The translations under genes and the position numbers were made by a program. A DNA stretch of 64,000 bases from a candidate division WOR-3 bacterium. Lineage in GTDB: Bacteria; Hydrothermota; 32-111. This document shows, one piece after another, positions 8,904 through 18,668 of this stretch. The notes under the pieces were generated by a model. That model saw only the letters and a program-made list of their open reading frames with translations, was not told where the DNA came from and did not search any database. Each line of letters begins with the position of its first letter. The stretch's first letter is position 1. The stretch lies in assembly GCA_039804105.1 (NCBI GenBank), contig JBDRZU010000001.1, forward strand, positions 320,001-384,000, read 5' to 3'.

Positions 8904-8930
8904 AAAAATTATATAAAATATTTTAGGGAT

Positions 8931-8958
8931 TTCAAGGTGGGATTTTTCCCACCTTGAA
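8931..8958 (-). terminator. Hairpin after the C25 gene, overlapping the -35 of the next promoter (TTGAAA-16bp-TATAAT, 8908-8935)
   Basis: ttcaaggtggga-tttt-tcccaccttgaa; weak U tract. Confidence 0.65.
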
Positions 8959-8969
8959 CAACTATTGAA

Positions 8970-11609
8970 CTATTTAACTATAACTATTTTTTTATTTTCA
9001 AGATTATCCGCTTTAATAATATAGAAACCAGAAGAAAGATTTGATAGATCAAGAAGTGCAGAAGTTTTGTTTATAGAATATTCTTTTACTTTTTGACCTG
9101 AAACATTGTATATTATAAGATTTTCAATGTTGGACAAATAAAGTTTGTTTTCATAAAACTGAACAGTTTTTTTTGCATCAATTATCAATGGAAGTTTGTA
9201 TTCTGTTTTATTTCCTGACAAATAATACACTTCAAGTTTATACTCTATCTTTTTGGTTTCATTTGAAAGTAAAAGATCTTTAAATTCGTTTTTAGTATTT
9301 TCAAGAGTTGCTATCTCTTTATTGTTTTTATAAACTTTATATTTATCAACCAAAACTGGATTTGAAACATTCCAGTTTAATATCACTTTTCCATTTTCAA
9401 CTTTTCCAGTGAATGAAATTTCAGCAAGTTCTGTTGCCTGATTTACAGTTACTGTTCCCATATATGGGATATAGTCCTGTTTTGAAACTGTGAGAAAAGC
9501 ATTTCCGGTTTTTGTATAATTTGTAATTATTGTTGCTTTACCTGTTGCATCCGTTGTGGTAACAATCTGAAGAGCTGGAGTTTCGAGAGTATCATAAAGA
9601 CATACTGTTGCACCACTGACAACTGCTTTTGTGTTGTCAGTAACGGTAACTGTAATGGTATCAGTTCTTGTTTGAACAGAAGCGTCATGGGAAACAATTA
9701 AATTTTTCGGTATTTTTGTCCATATCCTAACAGCAGGATCACCAAGGATATTCATCAGATAATTTTCTAATCTAAAATATGTTACAGTTCCAGCATATGT
9801 TTCCATATAAAGCTTTCCATAATTTGTGACTTTACCAAGAGTTCTATCAGGCATCACATTGTTATAATTTGCAAATGCCCTTCCAATTCCAAGAGACATC
9901 GAATCATTATAATAAGAAAGAGAAACATTTGTTGCTCCAAAATATCCAACTCCACCATTCGTAGCAGAAAGATGTGTCCAGTAGTCCCCCATAGAGTTGG
10001 TATCATTAGGATATGCATAGTTCCCAGCAAGACAGGTTGGTGCAAAAACAAAACCACCCATATAACCATTTGCTCTTAATGCAATATCCTCATTAGTATA
10101 AAGATCTTTGTAATTCTGGTTAGCACCACCCATCCATCCAAAACCCTTTCCATCATCACTATCACCATCATAACCTTCAGCACCATGTCCTCTGAAAAGA
10201 ATGAAATTCTGGCCATCATTTATTGAATCTGAAACTGTTGCCCTTCCTGGACTCCATGTCGCTGTCTCAATCAAAGAATCCCAATCAGTCCATCCATAAG
10301 GTTTTAAATAATTTTTCCATACTCTTGTTGCTGTTGTATCAAAAATTCTACCAGATTCATATCCTCCAACACCAACATAGGTTGTAAACCAATCTGTGTT
10401 TCCAGTGAGTTGAGGATTGGTCTCATATTTTATTGTTTTATTCACAATATTGTTTAAAGTTATTGTATCTTTAACATTAAATCTTGATATATATGCATCA
10501 GGATAATAGTTCGTATCATTCAAACATGCAAACCAATGGTCATTAGGGATATAACCTGCTTTTATTCCATAATTATATACAGATCTAAAATCTTTCCAAA
10601 GAGGTCTCATAACAACCCAGCTTTCAGATGGTGTTCTTGTTGAATCAGCATCACCAACAATAAGAATATAAACTGGTTTAACAGACCAGTTATTGTAGGC
10701 ATACTGTATAGAATCTTTAATTAAAATTGAAGAAGAATAATTTGGAAGATGCATTATTACAGGATTATATCCTAACTTTGCCTTATATGTAGCAAAAGTT
10801 TTTATCTTTGTACTTAAAGTTGTTCCACCAACAACTATCAAATAATCACCAGGCGCTGAAAAATTATCGCCTTTTTGAGATTTTTTTATTTCTTGAATCC
10901 TTTTACTTCTTTCTTCAAGTGTTTCAATCTTTTTGAATTTTAAAACAGCATCAAAATTGCTTAAAAATTCTCTATATAATGGAACAAACTCTTCTGTAAG
11001 AAAAGGAGAATTTGTTAGAGGATTGGTTGATTTAGAATTATTTACAAAAAATAAAATTCTTGCCCTTTTTATTAGTTTTAACTTTTTTGTAACAGGATTA
11101 TATCTAAAAGGAGTAAAATAAACTTTTGAAAATCTCACATCTCTTATTCCCGTTGGATCCAAAATAGTTATGTTATTTGAAGGATAAAATTGATTCAAAC
11201 TATAAAAATAATCATCCTTTACAAATTCTGGTTTGAAACCTGGGATATCAAAAACTGGTGGTTGGAACGGTTTTATATTGAAATTTTCTGCAACTTCAAT
11301 TTCTTCAATAATTTCAATCTTGTAATCAAGATCACCCTCATCTGGTAAAGCAATATTTTTCACAATAAAAGGCAAAGAAGGATAACCCTCCTGAAAACTA
11401 AACTGATCAAATCCATCAATTTTCAAGATATCATATAAACCATCTTTTTCAACATAAAATTTGTCAAGTTCAAATTCAAAAGTAGATTTATAAATATCTA
11501 TTGCATTGTATAAATTTGTTTTAGTTTCACTCACATTATAAACAGTCATATTTGCATTAAGAGAAAAAACTGTTAGAAAAATTAAAAATGATAAAACAAA
11601 TTTTTTCAA
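8970..11609 (-). CDS. C25 (gingipain-like) cysteine peptidase with propeptide and C-terminal sorting domain
   Basis: Propeptide-like N-region (GYPSLP, PFRYNPV), YILIVGD, catalytic FRGHG and PTCLAG, LGDP, C-terminal IYNVSGQKV...SSGFYII; TTG start with GGAGG RBS. Confidence 0.88.
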   Translation of the reverse strand: MKKFVLSFLIFLTVFSLNANMTVYNVSETKTNLYNAIDIYKSTFEFELDKFYVEKDGLYDILKIDGFDQFSFQEGYPSLPFIVKNIALPDEGDLDYKIEIIEEIEVAENFNIKPFQPPVFDIPGFKPEFVKDDYFYSLNQFYPSNNITILDPTGIRDVRFSKVYFTPFRYNPVTKKLKLIKRARILFFVNNSKSTNPLTNSPFLTEEFVPLYREFLSNFDAVLKFKKIETLEERSKRIQEIKKSQKGDNFSAPGDYLIVVGGTTLSTKIKTFATYKAKLGYNPVIMHLPNYSSSILIKDSIQYAYNNWSVKPVYILIVGDADSTRTPSESWVVMRPLWKDFRSVYNYGIKAGYIPNDHWFACLNDTNYYPDAYISRFNVKDTITLNNIVNKTIKYETNPQLTGNTDWFTTYVGVGGYESGRIFDTTATRVWKNYLKPYGWTDWDSLIETATWSPGRATVSDSINDGQNFILFRGHGAEGYDGDSDDGKGFGWMGGANQNYKDLYTNEDIALRANGYMGGFVFAPTCLAGNYAYPNDTNSMGDYWTHLSATNGGVGYFGATNVSLSYYNDSMSLGIGRAFANYNNVMPDRTLGKVTNYGKLYMETYAGTVTYFRLENYLMNILGDPAVRIWTKIPKNLIVSHDASVQTRTDTITVTVTDNTKAVVSGATVCLYDTLETPALQIVTTTDATGKATIITNYTKTGNAFLTVSKQDYIPYMGTVTVNQATELAEISFTGKVENGKVILNWNVSNPVLVDKYKVYKNNKEIATLENTKNEFKDLLLSNETKKIEYKLEVYYLSGNKTEYKLPLIIDAKKTVQFYENKLYLSNIENLIIYNVSGQKVKEYSINKTSALLDLSNLSSGFYIIKADNLENKKIVIVK

Positions 11610-11634
11610 AACTCCTCCTTTTTTTTCTTTAGGA

Positions 11635-11662
11635 TTGCATAAATTATACCAATGTGTATAAT
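11635..11662. promoter_or_regulatory. Overlapping divergent promoters: plus TTGCAT-16bp-TATAAT; minus extended -10 TGgTATAAT for the C25 gene
   Basis: Palindromic ATTATAC-N6-GTATAAT at 11643-11662. Confidence 0.5.
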
Positions 11663-11760
11663 AAACTATAAAAATATAAAAAGTTAAATAAAAAAATAAA
11701 AATATATTTTTTATACCGTGAAAAAAATTGCTTATTTTAAATTTAAATTATGAATTTTTT

Positions 11761-11793
11761 GCACCGGGGAGAGGATATCCCCGGTGCTTTTTT
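11761..11793 (+). terminator. GC-rich hairpin with the U tract on the plus strand
   Basis: gcaccgggga-gaggata-tccccggtgc-tttttt; on the minus strand the hairpin is followed by A residues. Confidence 0.75.
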
Positions 11794-11796
11794 AAT

Positions 11797-14700
11797 CTAT
11801 TTTATGAATACAAATCTTTCTTTTAGAATTTCATTACCTGCATTAACTTTTACAAAATAGACACCTTTTGAAAGATTATCAACTTTATAGTTGTAGACAC
11901 CTTCGTTTAAAACCCCATTATATAAAGTTGACACTTTTCTTCCCATCAGATCAAAGATTTCTATTGAAACTTTTTGAGTTCCACCATTTGAAAATCTTAT
12001 CGATACATTTTCACTATCAACCATCTTTCTTATAGATAAACTTGTTGTGAGTTTGTTTACAAAAACTGTTGTTGCATCTGAATAAACGATCTGATCGTTA
12101 ACTTTGAACCCAACTTTATATATATGCGTTCCAGTAGACACATTTTCATCAACAAAAGTCATGTTATCTTTACCAAGGACTGTTCCAATAATCGCGTTGT
12201 CTCTTACAACTATCCAATTTTTAACAGTTTCATTATTAGAACTCCATTTCAACACAACATCCTTTCCAGAAACTGTTGCAACTAAAGAAGTTGACATTAT
12301 TCCTGTATTTGTTGGCATTATCAATGTTACTGGTAATCTGACTGTTACTGCTTTTGATATATCTGCTGAAGTTGCAATCAAAAGAGTATCATAATATGTT
12401 GTTCCATAAGAAAGACCTGCTGTATCAACAAGAACTGTGACCCCCAAAGAATCTCCAACATTAACAGTTCCAGTTGTAGGAGTTATTGAAACTATCCATG
12501 AAGAGTTCTTTGCTTTTGTTATTCCTGTAACATCAAATGGCAGAACTGAACCTGAATCAGTGTTTTTGACATAGAATGTTCCAGAACCTGCTGGTGTTTG
12601 AGGATATTCGATTTCAGCTCTTATTATAAGATCACCATCAGGAGACATGTTTGTCCATGGACCTGTAACTGTTGAAGCATAGTAAGAATATGTTCCACCA
12701 ATAGTATCTGAAAGCATAAATGATCTTCTGTTTGGTGGTGTAGTCGAAGCGTTTGTTACTGCATAAACACCTATCCAAAATGTTCCGTTAAGATATACCG
12801 CTGTTGGAACAGTTGCTCTAAATATTTGAGCTGCACCACCTGTAGTTAGGCCGGAAGCTGTATATTTCCCAAGTAGTGTTCCTGGAACTCCAGCATTGTC
12901 TGCCCAGACATAGAGTGTATCAGTTCTTGCAAGACCACTTTCAATCATTCTACCCCACCAGATAGCCCTCAAAGAGCAACCTTGTGCAACTGAGAATTTA
13001 TTTGCAAAATAACTCACTCCATACCAACCAGCAGCACCTTCAGTTTCTGCATCATCCCACTTTAATGTATCCCAGATACCTTTTGAATTTATCACTTTTT
13101 CTGACAAATTGACAAATTTTATGTCTTTATAATAGTCCCCCATATATATATTCTTAGTAGTTTGAGTATTTATAGAAAGCACTTCAGTTGTAGATTTTTT
13201 CGTTGAGAAATCGAAAACAAGTTGTGATGTTGAAAGTGATGCAATCTTTACTCCTGTGACAGTTAAAGTGAACGCTGAAGTATCAACTTTACTTCCATAT
13301 GAAACAAAGAGTGTACATGGAATACTTGTTCCATCAGGAGTATTGTTTGCAATCTGGAATCTATATACTGAATATGTTGAATCACCATTTGCAAGAGTTC
13401 CATATGTTCCTGTTGAATCAAGGTTTGTTACATAAGGTGAACCTTCTCTTAATTTTGCTGTTATATTGCTCTGTGAAGAACCTGTATTGTTAACTACCCA
13501 TATATTCATATCAGTTGTTTCACCGTTGTTCAATTTTCCATCAACAAGAACCGCAGTTGGTGAATCAAGAATAACTGACTTCTTGTAAAGAATTTTTCCA
13601 GCAGGTGCTGTTGTTACAAAATCACCTGTTGCGACAAGAGCATATGGCTGTGGTCCATTTGGAACATTCGCTGCTGTTACTCTAATTGTTATTGTTGAAT
13701 TTGGTATCGGATCAAGCCAGACAACCTCTGTAACATTTTCAACATCAGCAGAACCACCAGTTACTGATCTTGCATTCGTCCCAAAAACATTACCAAGATA
13801 TGTGTTTCCACCTGCAATTACTGTTAAATTAAGATTATTGACAACAAGAGGATCAGCACCAACTGCTGCTGGATAGTCAGTCCAACAAAGGACAATTTTT
13901 ATATATTCAGTTGTTGAAGGACCAGTATTTATAGTATATTCATGGTATTGACCTGCTGCAGTAAATCCTGATGTAATATCCCAGACCTTTAAATCTCTAA
14001 CATCACCGGCAAAATATATAGCATCATCTGTAACGATTCTACCCCAACCTTGTCCCTGGGAAGGAGCGTTTTGAGTTCCTGAATTGTTTATTGTACTGAT
14101 TGAATATGCACCAGGAGAGTTTCTTGTTGAGTTAATCAGAACAGCTTTAATCAAAGCAGCGGAAGGTGTAAACGCATCAGCGGCATTCTTTGTTCCTGAT
14201 GGATACCATCCTTCTGTGAAATATTGCCTTACAAGAGCAGCAAAACCTGCAACTGTTGGGGTTGACATCGATGTTCCACCCATATATGTAATTCCAGCAT
14301 TGTTGGATGCCAAATTTCCATCAGAATCAACAGACCAGATGTACCACCCACCTGTTCCACACAGATCTGGTCTCATCATTCCTTCTCTTGTAGGACCATG
14401 TGAAGAAAACTCTGCAACATCAAGAAGTTCGTTTCTCGTTGCTGTTCCATTCACAGACCAGGTTGTTGAACCTGAACCAAAACCCGACTCTGTTGCTCCA
14501 ACACAGACAATATTTTTCGCTGTTGCCGGAGTGTTAACAGAATCTCGATCAAGGTTTGAGTTACCAGCTGATCTAAACATCAAAAAATCTTTTTTATCCC
14601 AAGCACATGAATCTATTTGCTGAGCATTCAAAGTATATGAACTATAACCACCAGATGATTGTCCCCATGAAGAAGTATGAATCCTTGCACCAGCATTGTA

Positions 14701-15834
14701 AGCCCACTGATATATATCCTGATAATTTGTTGGTAAAACTAAACCATCAGAAGAATTACCAATATCTGTAAAAGCAAGTTTTGCAAGAGGAGCCATTCCC
14801 ATAACTCTTGCATAAGCAGTTACTGATGGAAGACCTGAATTCATTGAATCTGCAGCAACTGAACCACTAGTATGGGAACCATGACCAGAAGAGTTAAGAT
14901 CAAAAGTATCAGCATGAACATTGTAAGCAACTATTTTTCTATGTGTTCCAATTGTTTCACAAACTCTATCCTTATCTTTATCATAAACAGGTTTTGTGCC
15001 TGAAGGATCTCTAAAATAGATGTTATCCCAATCGCAACCAGTATCATCAACTCCAACTATCTGATTTTGACCATAGATTCCTTTCGCATAGAACGGCAAA
15101 CGAGCTGAATCGGCTGCTGTTGAAATTGTCAATTGTGATTTCCACGAATCTGCTGCTGCTTTCATATTCAATGTATCAAATGTCTGTAAAATCCACCTTG
15201 ACCATGCATTGTGGAGTTCAACAGGATAATCCCTTTCAACCCAGTATACCTCAACCTGATTTGCAAGATATTTTGCTATATCATTTGCTTTTTCCGCAGG
15301 AACTGAGATTTTGACTGGATTTGGACCAGCAAGTATTGTAACATCAGAAAGATTTTTCAATTTTGAATGGAAAAGTTCAACATCTTCTCCTGCAAATAAT
15401 CCAACAAGAAGATTAACCTTTCCAGGAAGATCACCTTTTAAAGGTTCCTGTTTATCACTTATTAAATTTGGTGCTATTCTATATGCTGGTTGCCATATTT
15501 GAACAAATTTCACAAACTTTTTACCTTTTATCTGTTCAAAACTCTTGTTTGAAAGTTTGACGATGAAAGCGTTGTCTGGAATATAGTCATATATTTCACC
15601 ACCAAGCTTTCTTATCTCATCTTTGTAACTCTGTCTCACAAGATCGTTGAATTGAACAACATAATAATCATAATCACCTTTTACCTGATTTCTTTCAAGC
15701 CCAAGATTTGCAAATGAAGGCGGTTCGAAATCGGTCGAAAATTTTGCAACTTTTAACCTTATCATACTCTCAGCATAAAAATTAGCAAAGAGTACCAAGA
15801 TTAAAAGAAGAATCGATAATTTTCTTTTCAACAT
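11797..15834 (-). CDS. Large secreted S8 subtilisin-like serine protease (KP-43-like) with accessory domains and C-terminal sorting domain
   Basis: Catalytic DDTG, HGSHTSG, SAGN, GTSMSTP; SAALIKAVLINS and QGQGWG; C-terminal IFDLMGRKV...SKGVYFV. Confidence 0.92.
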   Translation of the reverse strand: MLKRKLSILLLILVLFANFYAESMIRLKVAKFSTDFEPPSFANLGLERNQVKGDYDYYVVQFNDLVRQSYKDEIRKLGGEIYDYIPDNAFIVKLSNKSFEQIKGKKFVKFVQIWQPAYRIAPNLISDKQEPLKGDLPGKVNLLVGLFAGEDVELFHSKLKNLSDVTILAGPNPVKISVPAEKANDIAKYLANQVEVYWVERDYPVELHNAWSRWILQTFDTLNMKAAADSWKSQLTISTAADSARLPFYAKGIYGQNQIVGVDDTGCDWDNIYFRDPSGTKPVYDKDKDRVCETIGTHRKIVAYNVHADTFDLNSSGHGSHTSGSVAADSMNSGLPSVTAYARVMGMAPLAKLAFTDIGNSSDGLVLPTNYQDIYQWAYNAGARIHTSSWGQSSGGYSSYTLNAQQIDSCAWDKKDFLMFRSAGNSNLDRDSVNTPATAKNIVCVGATESGFGSGSTTWSVNGTATRNELLDVAEFSSHGPTREGMMRPDLCGTGGWYIWSVDSDGNLASNNAGITYMGGTSMSTPTVAGFAALVRQYFTEGWYPSGTKNAADAFTPSAALIKAVLINSTRNSPGAYSISTINNSGTQNAPSQGQGWGRIVTDDAIYFAGDVRDLKVWDITSGFTAAGQYHEYTINTGPSTTEYIKIVLCWTDYPAAVGADPLVVNNLNLTVIAGGNTYLGNVFGTNARSVTGGSADVENVTEVVWLDPIPNSTITIRVTAANVPNGPQPYALVATGDFVTTAPAGKILYKKSVILDSPTAVLVDGKLNNGETTDMNIWVVNNTGSSQSNITAKLREGSPYVTNLDSTGTYGTLANGDSTYSVYRFQIANNTPDGTSIPCTLFVSYGSKVDTSAFTLTVTGVKIASLSTSQLVFDFSTKKSTTEVLSINTQTTKNIYMGDYYKDIKFVNLSEKVINSKGIWDTLKWDDAETEGAAGWYGVSYFANKFSVAQGCSLRAIWWGRMIESGLARTDTLYVWADNAGVPGTLLGKYTASGLTTGGAAQIFRATVPTAVYLNGTFWIGVYAVTNASTTPPNRRSFMLSDTIGGTYSYYASTVTGPWTNMSPDGDLIIRAEIEYPQTPAGSGTFYVKNTDSGSVLPFDVTGITKAKNSSWIVSITPTTGTVNVGDSLGVTVLVDTAGLSYGTTYYDTLLIATSADISKAVTVRLPVTLIMPTNTGIMSTSLVATVSGKDVVLKWSSNNETVKNWIVVRDNAIIGTVLGKDNMTFVDENVSTGTHIYKVGFKVNDQIVYSDATTVFVNKLTTSLSIRKMVDSENVSIRFSNGGTQKVSIEIFDLMGRKVSTLYNGVLNEGVYNYKVDNLSKGVYFVKVNAGNEILKERFVFIK

Positions 15835-15877
15835 TTATCCTCCTTTTTCATTATATTTTCATTTTAATTTTAAAATA

Positions 15878-15893
15878 AACAATTTTTGTTCCA
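15878..15893 (-). promoter_or_regulatory. Candidate sigma54-type promoter (variant -12) for the S8 protease
   Basis: TGGAAC-AAAAA-TTGTT (GG-N10-GT) about 45 nt upstream of the start codon. Confidence 0.45.
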
Positions 15894-16015
15894 TTAATTT
15901 TTTCAAGATTTAATATTTTCATAGTTATAATATAAACTCTTTTTAGAAAAAAAAAAGATGGAAAAATTTGCATTAATTAGATTGGTTATTAATAATCTGG
16001 GAAAATTTTGCACAT

Positions 16016-16963
16016 CTAAATTTTGGGATACCCAAAGTAATTTTCAAAATAAGAAACAATATTTTTCGTCTTCCCTTTCATTAGAAAATTTATTCTTTTT
16101 AAAATTAATAGGGGTAAATTTAACAATATATTAACATACATAAAAAAATCTAATTCTTTACTGAAATTTTTTTGATTAACTATCAAAAATTTTATTGATT
16201 TAACCATTAAATTTAAAGGAAAATGAATAATTACAAAAAAAATTCTATTTCGATTCATAAAATAATCTTTTATTTTATTATTTTTCCAGGAGGAAGAAAA
16301 TTTATGGTAACAAATAGAATTTTCATTATAAAAAATTTTATACTCTGTGAATCTTCTCAGTTTAAAAGAAAAATCGAGGTCTTCATAATATGCTATATAA
16401 AACTTTTCAAAAAAACCTATACTTTTTACTATTTCAGTTCTAACGAACATCGCTCCACCAGAGCCACCAGTAACTTCTCCACTTTCTCTTTTCAAATCTT
16501 TCAAATTTTTTCCAAAATCTCTATCATAAGCATAACCAGTTTTATTTATAACAAGACCAGTTGAGTTAACTTTATTTGGATCATCTAAAAACAAAATCTG
16601 GGGGGTAAAAATTCCCCCCTCTTTGAATCTGTTTGCAAAATTAACCATATTTTCGATGAAATCATTTTTATAAATTATATCGTTGTTAGAAAGTAGTGTA
16701 TATTTAAAATGATTTTTTAAAGCATACGATAAGCCAAAATTGTATGAGGATGTTTTATAATTTTTTGATAATTTTATTATTTCAACATCAGGAAAGTTGT
16801 GGCGAATAAGTTTTAATGAATCATCAAAGGAAGAGTTGTCAACTATAATAATCTTTAAATCTTGATAAGTTTGATCTTTAAGTGATTTGATTGTTTTTAA
16901 AAATAGATTTCCAGTTAAGAGGTTTCCATTATAATTCAAAACAACAGCAAGAACTTTATCCAT
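16016..16963 (-). CDS. Glycosyltransferase family 2
   Basis: VVLNYN, IVDNSSFD, NND, FF..YYEDLD motifs. Confidence 0.9.
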   Translation of the reverse strand: MDKVLAVVLNYNGNLLTGNLFLKTIKSLKDQTYQDLKIIIVDNSSFDDSLKLIRHNFPDVEIIKLSKNYKTSSYNFGLSYALKNHFKYTLLSNNDIIYKNDFIENMVNFANRFKEGGIFTPQILFLDDPNKVNSTGLVINKTGYAYDRDFGKNLKDLKRESGEVTGGSGGAMFVRTEIVKSIGFFEKFYIAYYEDLDFSFKLRRFTEYKIFYNENSICYHKFSSSWKNNKIKDYFMNRNRIFFVIIHFPLNLMVKSIKFLIVNQKNFSKELDFFMYVNILLNLPLLILKRINFLMKGKTKNIVSYFENYFGYPKI

Positions 16964-17985
16964 TACATACTTCTTAAAATTCTAATCCTTGATTCTATCG
17001 GTGGATGTGTTGAAAATAAAGCAGATGACTTTTTAGAAAAATCCTTGAAAGGGTTAGCAATGAACATATGTGCTGTTGCTCTTGAAGCAGTTTCAAGTTT
17101 TAAGGATGATTGAGCAATCTTCTCTAAAGCAGAAGCAAGACCTTCAGGATTCCTCGTATATTCAACCGCTTTAGCATCAGCCATTAGTTCTCTTTTTCTT
17201 GAAATTGCCATCTGGATCAATTTTGCAAGAATTGGTGCTATAATAGCCAAAACGATGGCTACAACTAAAATTATTAAACCAAAATATCCACTACTGTTTT
17301 CCTTTCTCTCTCTCCTACCCCTTCCTCCCCAGAACAGGTATCTTAAAAGCCAATCTGATAACATAACTATTGTGCCGACTATCACTCCAACAAGCATAGA
17401 AAATCTTATATCAAGATTTGCAATATGCGACATTTCATGTGCGACAACTCCTGCGAGTTCTTCTCTGTTGAGTTTTTTTAGAAGGCCTCTTGTGATCGCG
17501 ATTGCACCATCTTTTGGATTTTTCCCTGTTGCAAAAGCATTTAACGCATTACTTTCAATTATATATGTTTCAGGGGTTGGAAGACCAGCAGCAAGTGCTA
17601 TCTCCTCCACAATATTAACAAACTGTGGTTCTTCATCTTTTGTAACCTTTCTGGCACCAGAAATTTTAAGAACAATTGTTTTTCCCATGTTGTAGGAGAT
17701 CAATGTTGTAACAATTGATACAATAAAGGCAAGTATTGGCCCCAAATAACCTAAATCAAATATATAACCGAATAAAAATCCAAAGCCGATCAGAAAAACA
17801 AAAAGAAAAAATATCAAAAGAACAGAATTTCTTTTGTTAGCACTTTGAATGTTATAAAAATTTTCTTTCTTATTATAACTTAGATCAGATAGTTGCGCAC
17901 TATCCAAAGGTGTGTCACATAAAGCACATTTTTTTCTCATAATATTATTGTAAAATCCACATCTTGGACAAATTTTTGCTGCCAT
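16963..17985 (-). CDS. htpX: HtpX-like M48 membrane zinc metalloprotease with N-terminal zinc ribbon
   Basis: NAFATG, HEMSH, RELMAD, FSTHPP; N-terminal CPRC...CALC. Confidence 0.88.
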   Translation of the reverse strand: MAAKICPRCGFYNNIMRKKCALCDTPLDSAQLSDLSYNKKENFYNIQSANKRNSVLLIFFLFVFLIGFGFLFGYIFDLGYLGPILAFIVSIVTTLISYNMGKTIVLKISGARKVTKDEEPQFVNIVEEIALAAGLPTPETYIIESNALNAFATGKNPKDGAIAITRGLLKKLNREELAGVVAHEMSHIANLDIRFSMLVGVIVGTIVMLSDWLLRYLFWGGRGRRERKENSSGYFGLIILVVAIVLAIIAPILAKLIQMAISRKRELMADAKAVEYTRNPEGLASALEKIAQSSLKLETASRATAHMFIANPFKDFSKKSSALFSTHPPIESRIRILRSM

Positions 17986-17992
17986 AATTCTC

Positions 17993-18547
17993 CTATCTTA
18001 AATCAACTTTAACATTCTGTCTTTCAGTTTCAGGAATAACAAAGAACTCCATCTGTTTAAAGTTAAAAATTGCTGCAATTATATTCGTTGGGAAAGTTTC
18101 AACCATTGTGTTGAACTGCATAACAGAATCATTATAGAATTGTCTTGCATAGGAAATTCTATTTTCAGTTGAAGTCAACTCTTCTTGTAATCTCATAACA
18201 TTCTCGTTAGCTTTAAGTTCAGGATAATTTTCAACTACTGCAAATAAAGATTTTAAAGCACCAGAAAGCATATTTTCTGCCTCTGCTTGTGCTTTTACAC
18301 CTTTTGCATTCATTGCAAAATTTCTTGCTTCAATAACTTTTGTTAATGTTTCCTGTTCATACGACATATAATCTTTTACAACTTCAACAAGATTTGGAAT
18401 AAGATCATATCTTCTTTTTAACTGTACATCTATCTGGGACCATGCATTCTTTACGCGATTTTTTTCTTTTACAAGATTATTATAAATCCCGATTATTGCA
18501 AGGATGATTACAAATAGAACAATACCAACAATGATTAAAATAATCAT
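17993..18547 (-). CDS. lemA: LemA family protein
   Basis: AWSQIDVQLKRRYDLIPNLV and ENYPELKA motifs. Confidence 0.95.
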   Translation of the reverse strand: MIILIIVGIVLFVIILAIIGIYNNLVKEKNRVKNAWSQIDVQLKRRYDLIPNLVEVVKDYMSYEQETLTKVIEARNFAMNAKGVKAQAEAENMLSGALKSLFAVVENYPELKANENVMRLQEELTSTENRISYARQFYNDSVMQFNTMVETFPTNIIAAIFNFKQMEFFVIPETERQNVKVDLR

Positions 18548-18567
18548 TTTTCCTCCTTTTTAAAAAA

Positions 18568-18655
18568 CGGAGAGGCTGGGATTCGAACCCAGGATAGAGT
18601 TTCCCCTATACATGATCTCCAATCATGCTCCTTCGACCAACTCGGACACCTCTCC
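18568..18655 (-). tRNA. tRNA-Ser(GGA)
   Basis: Anticodon arm catga-TTGGAGA-tcatg, long variable arm, GTTCGAATCC. Confidence 0.95.
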
Positions 18656-18668
18656 AAAATTTAAAGAA

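Noticed and set aside
11718..11753. Tiny GTG-started ORF (VKKIAYFKFKL) in the candidate sRNA
   Set aside because: No RBS, not at the predicted transcript start, and expected by chance
14084..14623. 179-aa plus-strand ORF inside the S8 protease gene (similar cases at 12104, 17255, 34878, 53336)
   Set aside because: Antisense shadow frames of well-supported genes; no RBS or motifs
15998..16012. Plus-strand TGG...TTGCA as a sigma54 promoter
   Set aside because: GG-to-GC spacing is 9 rather than 10, and there is no downstream plus-strand gene
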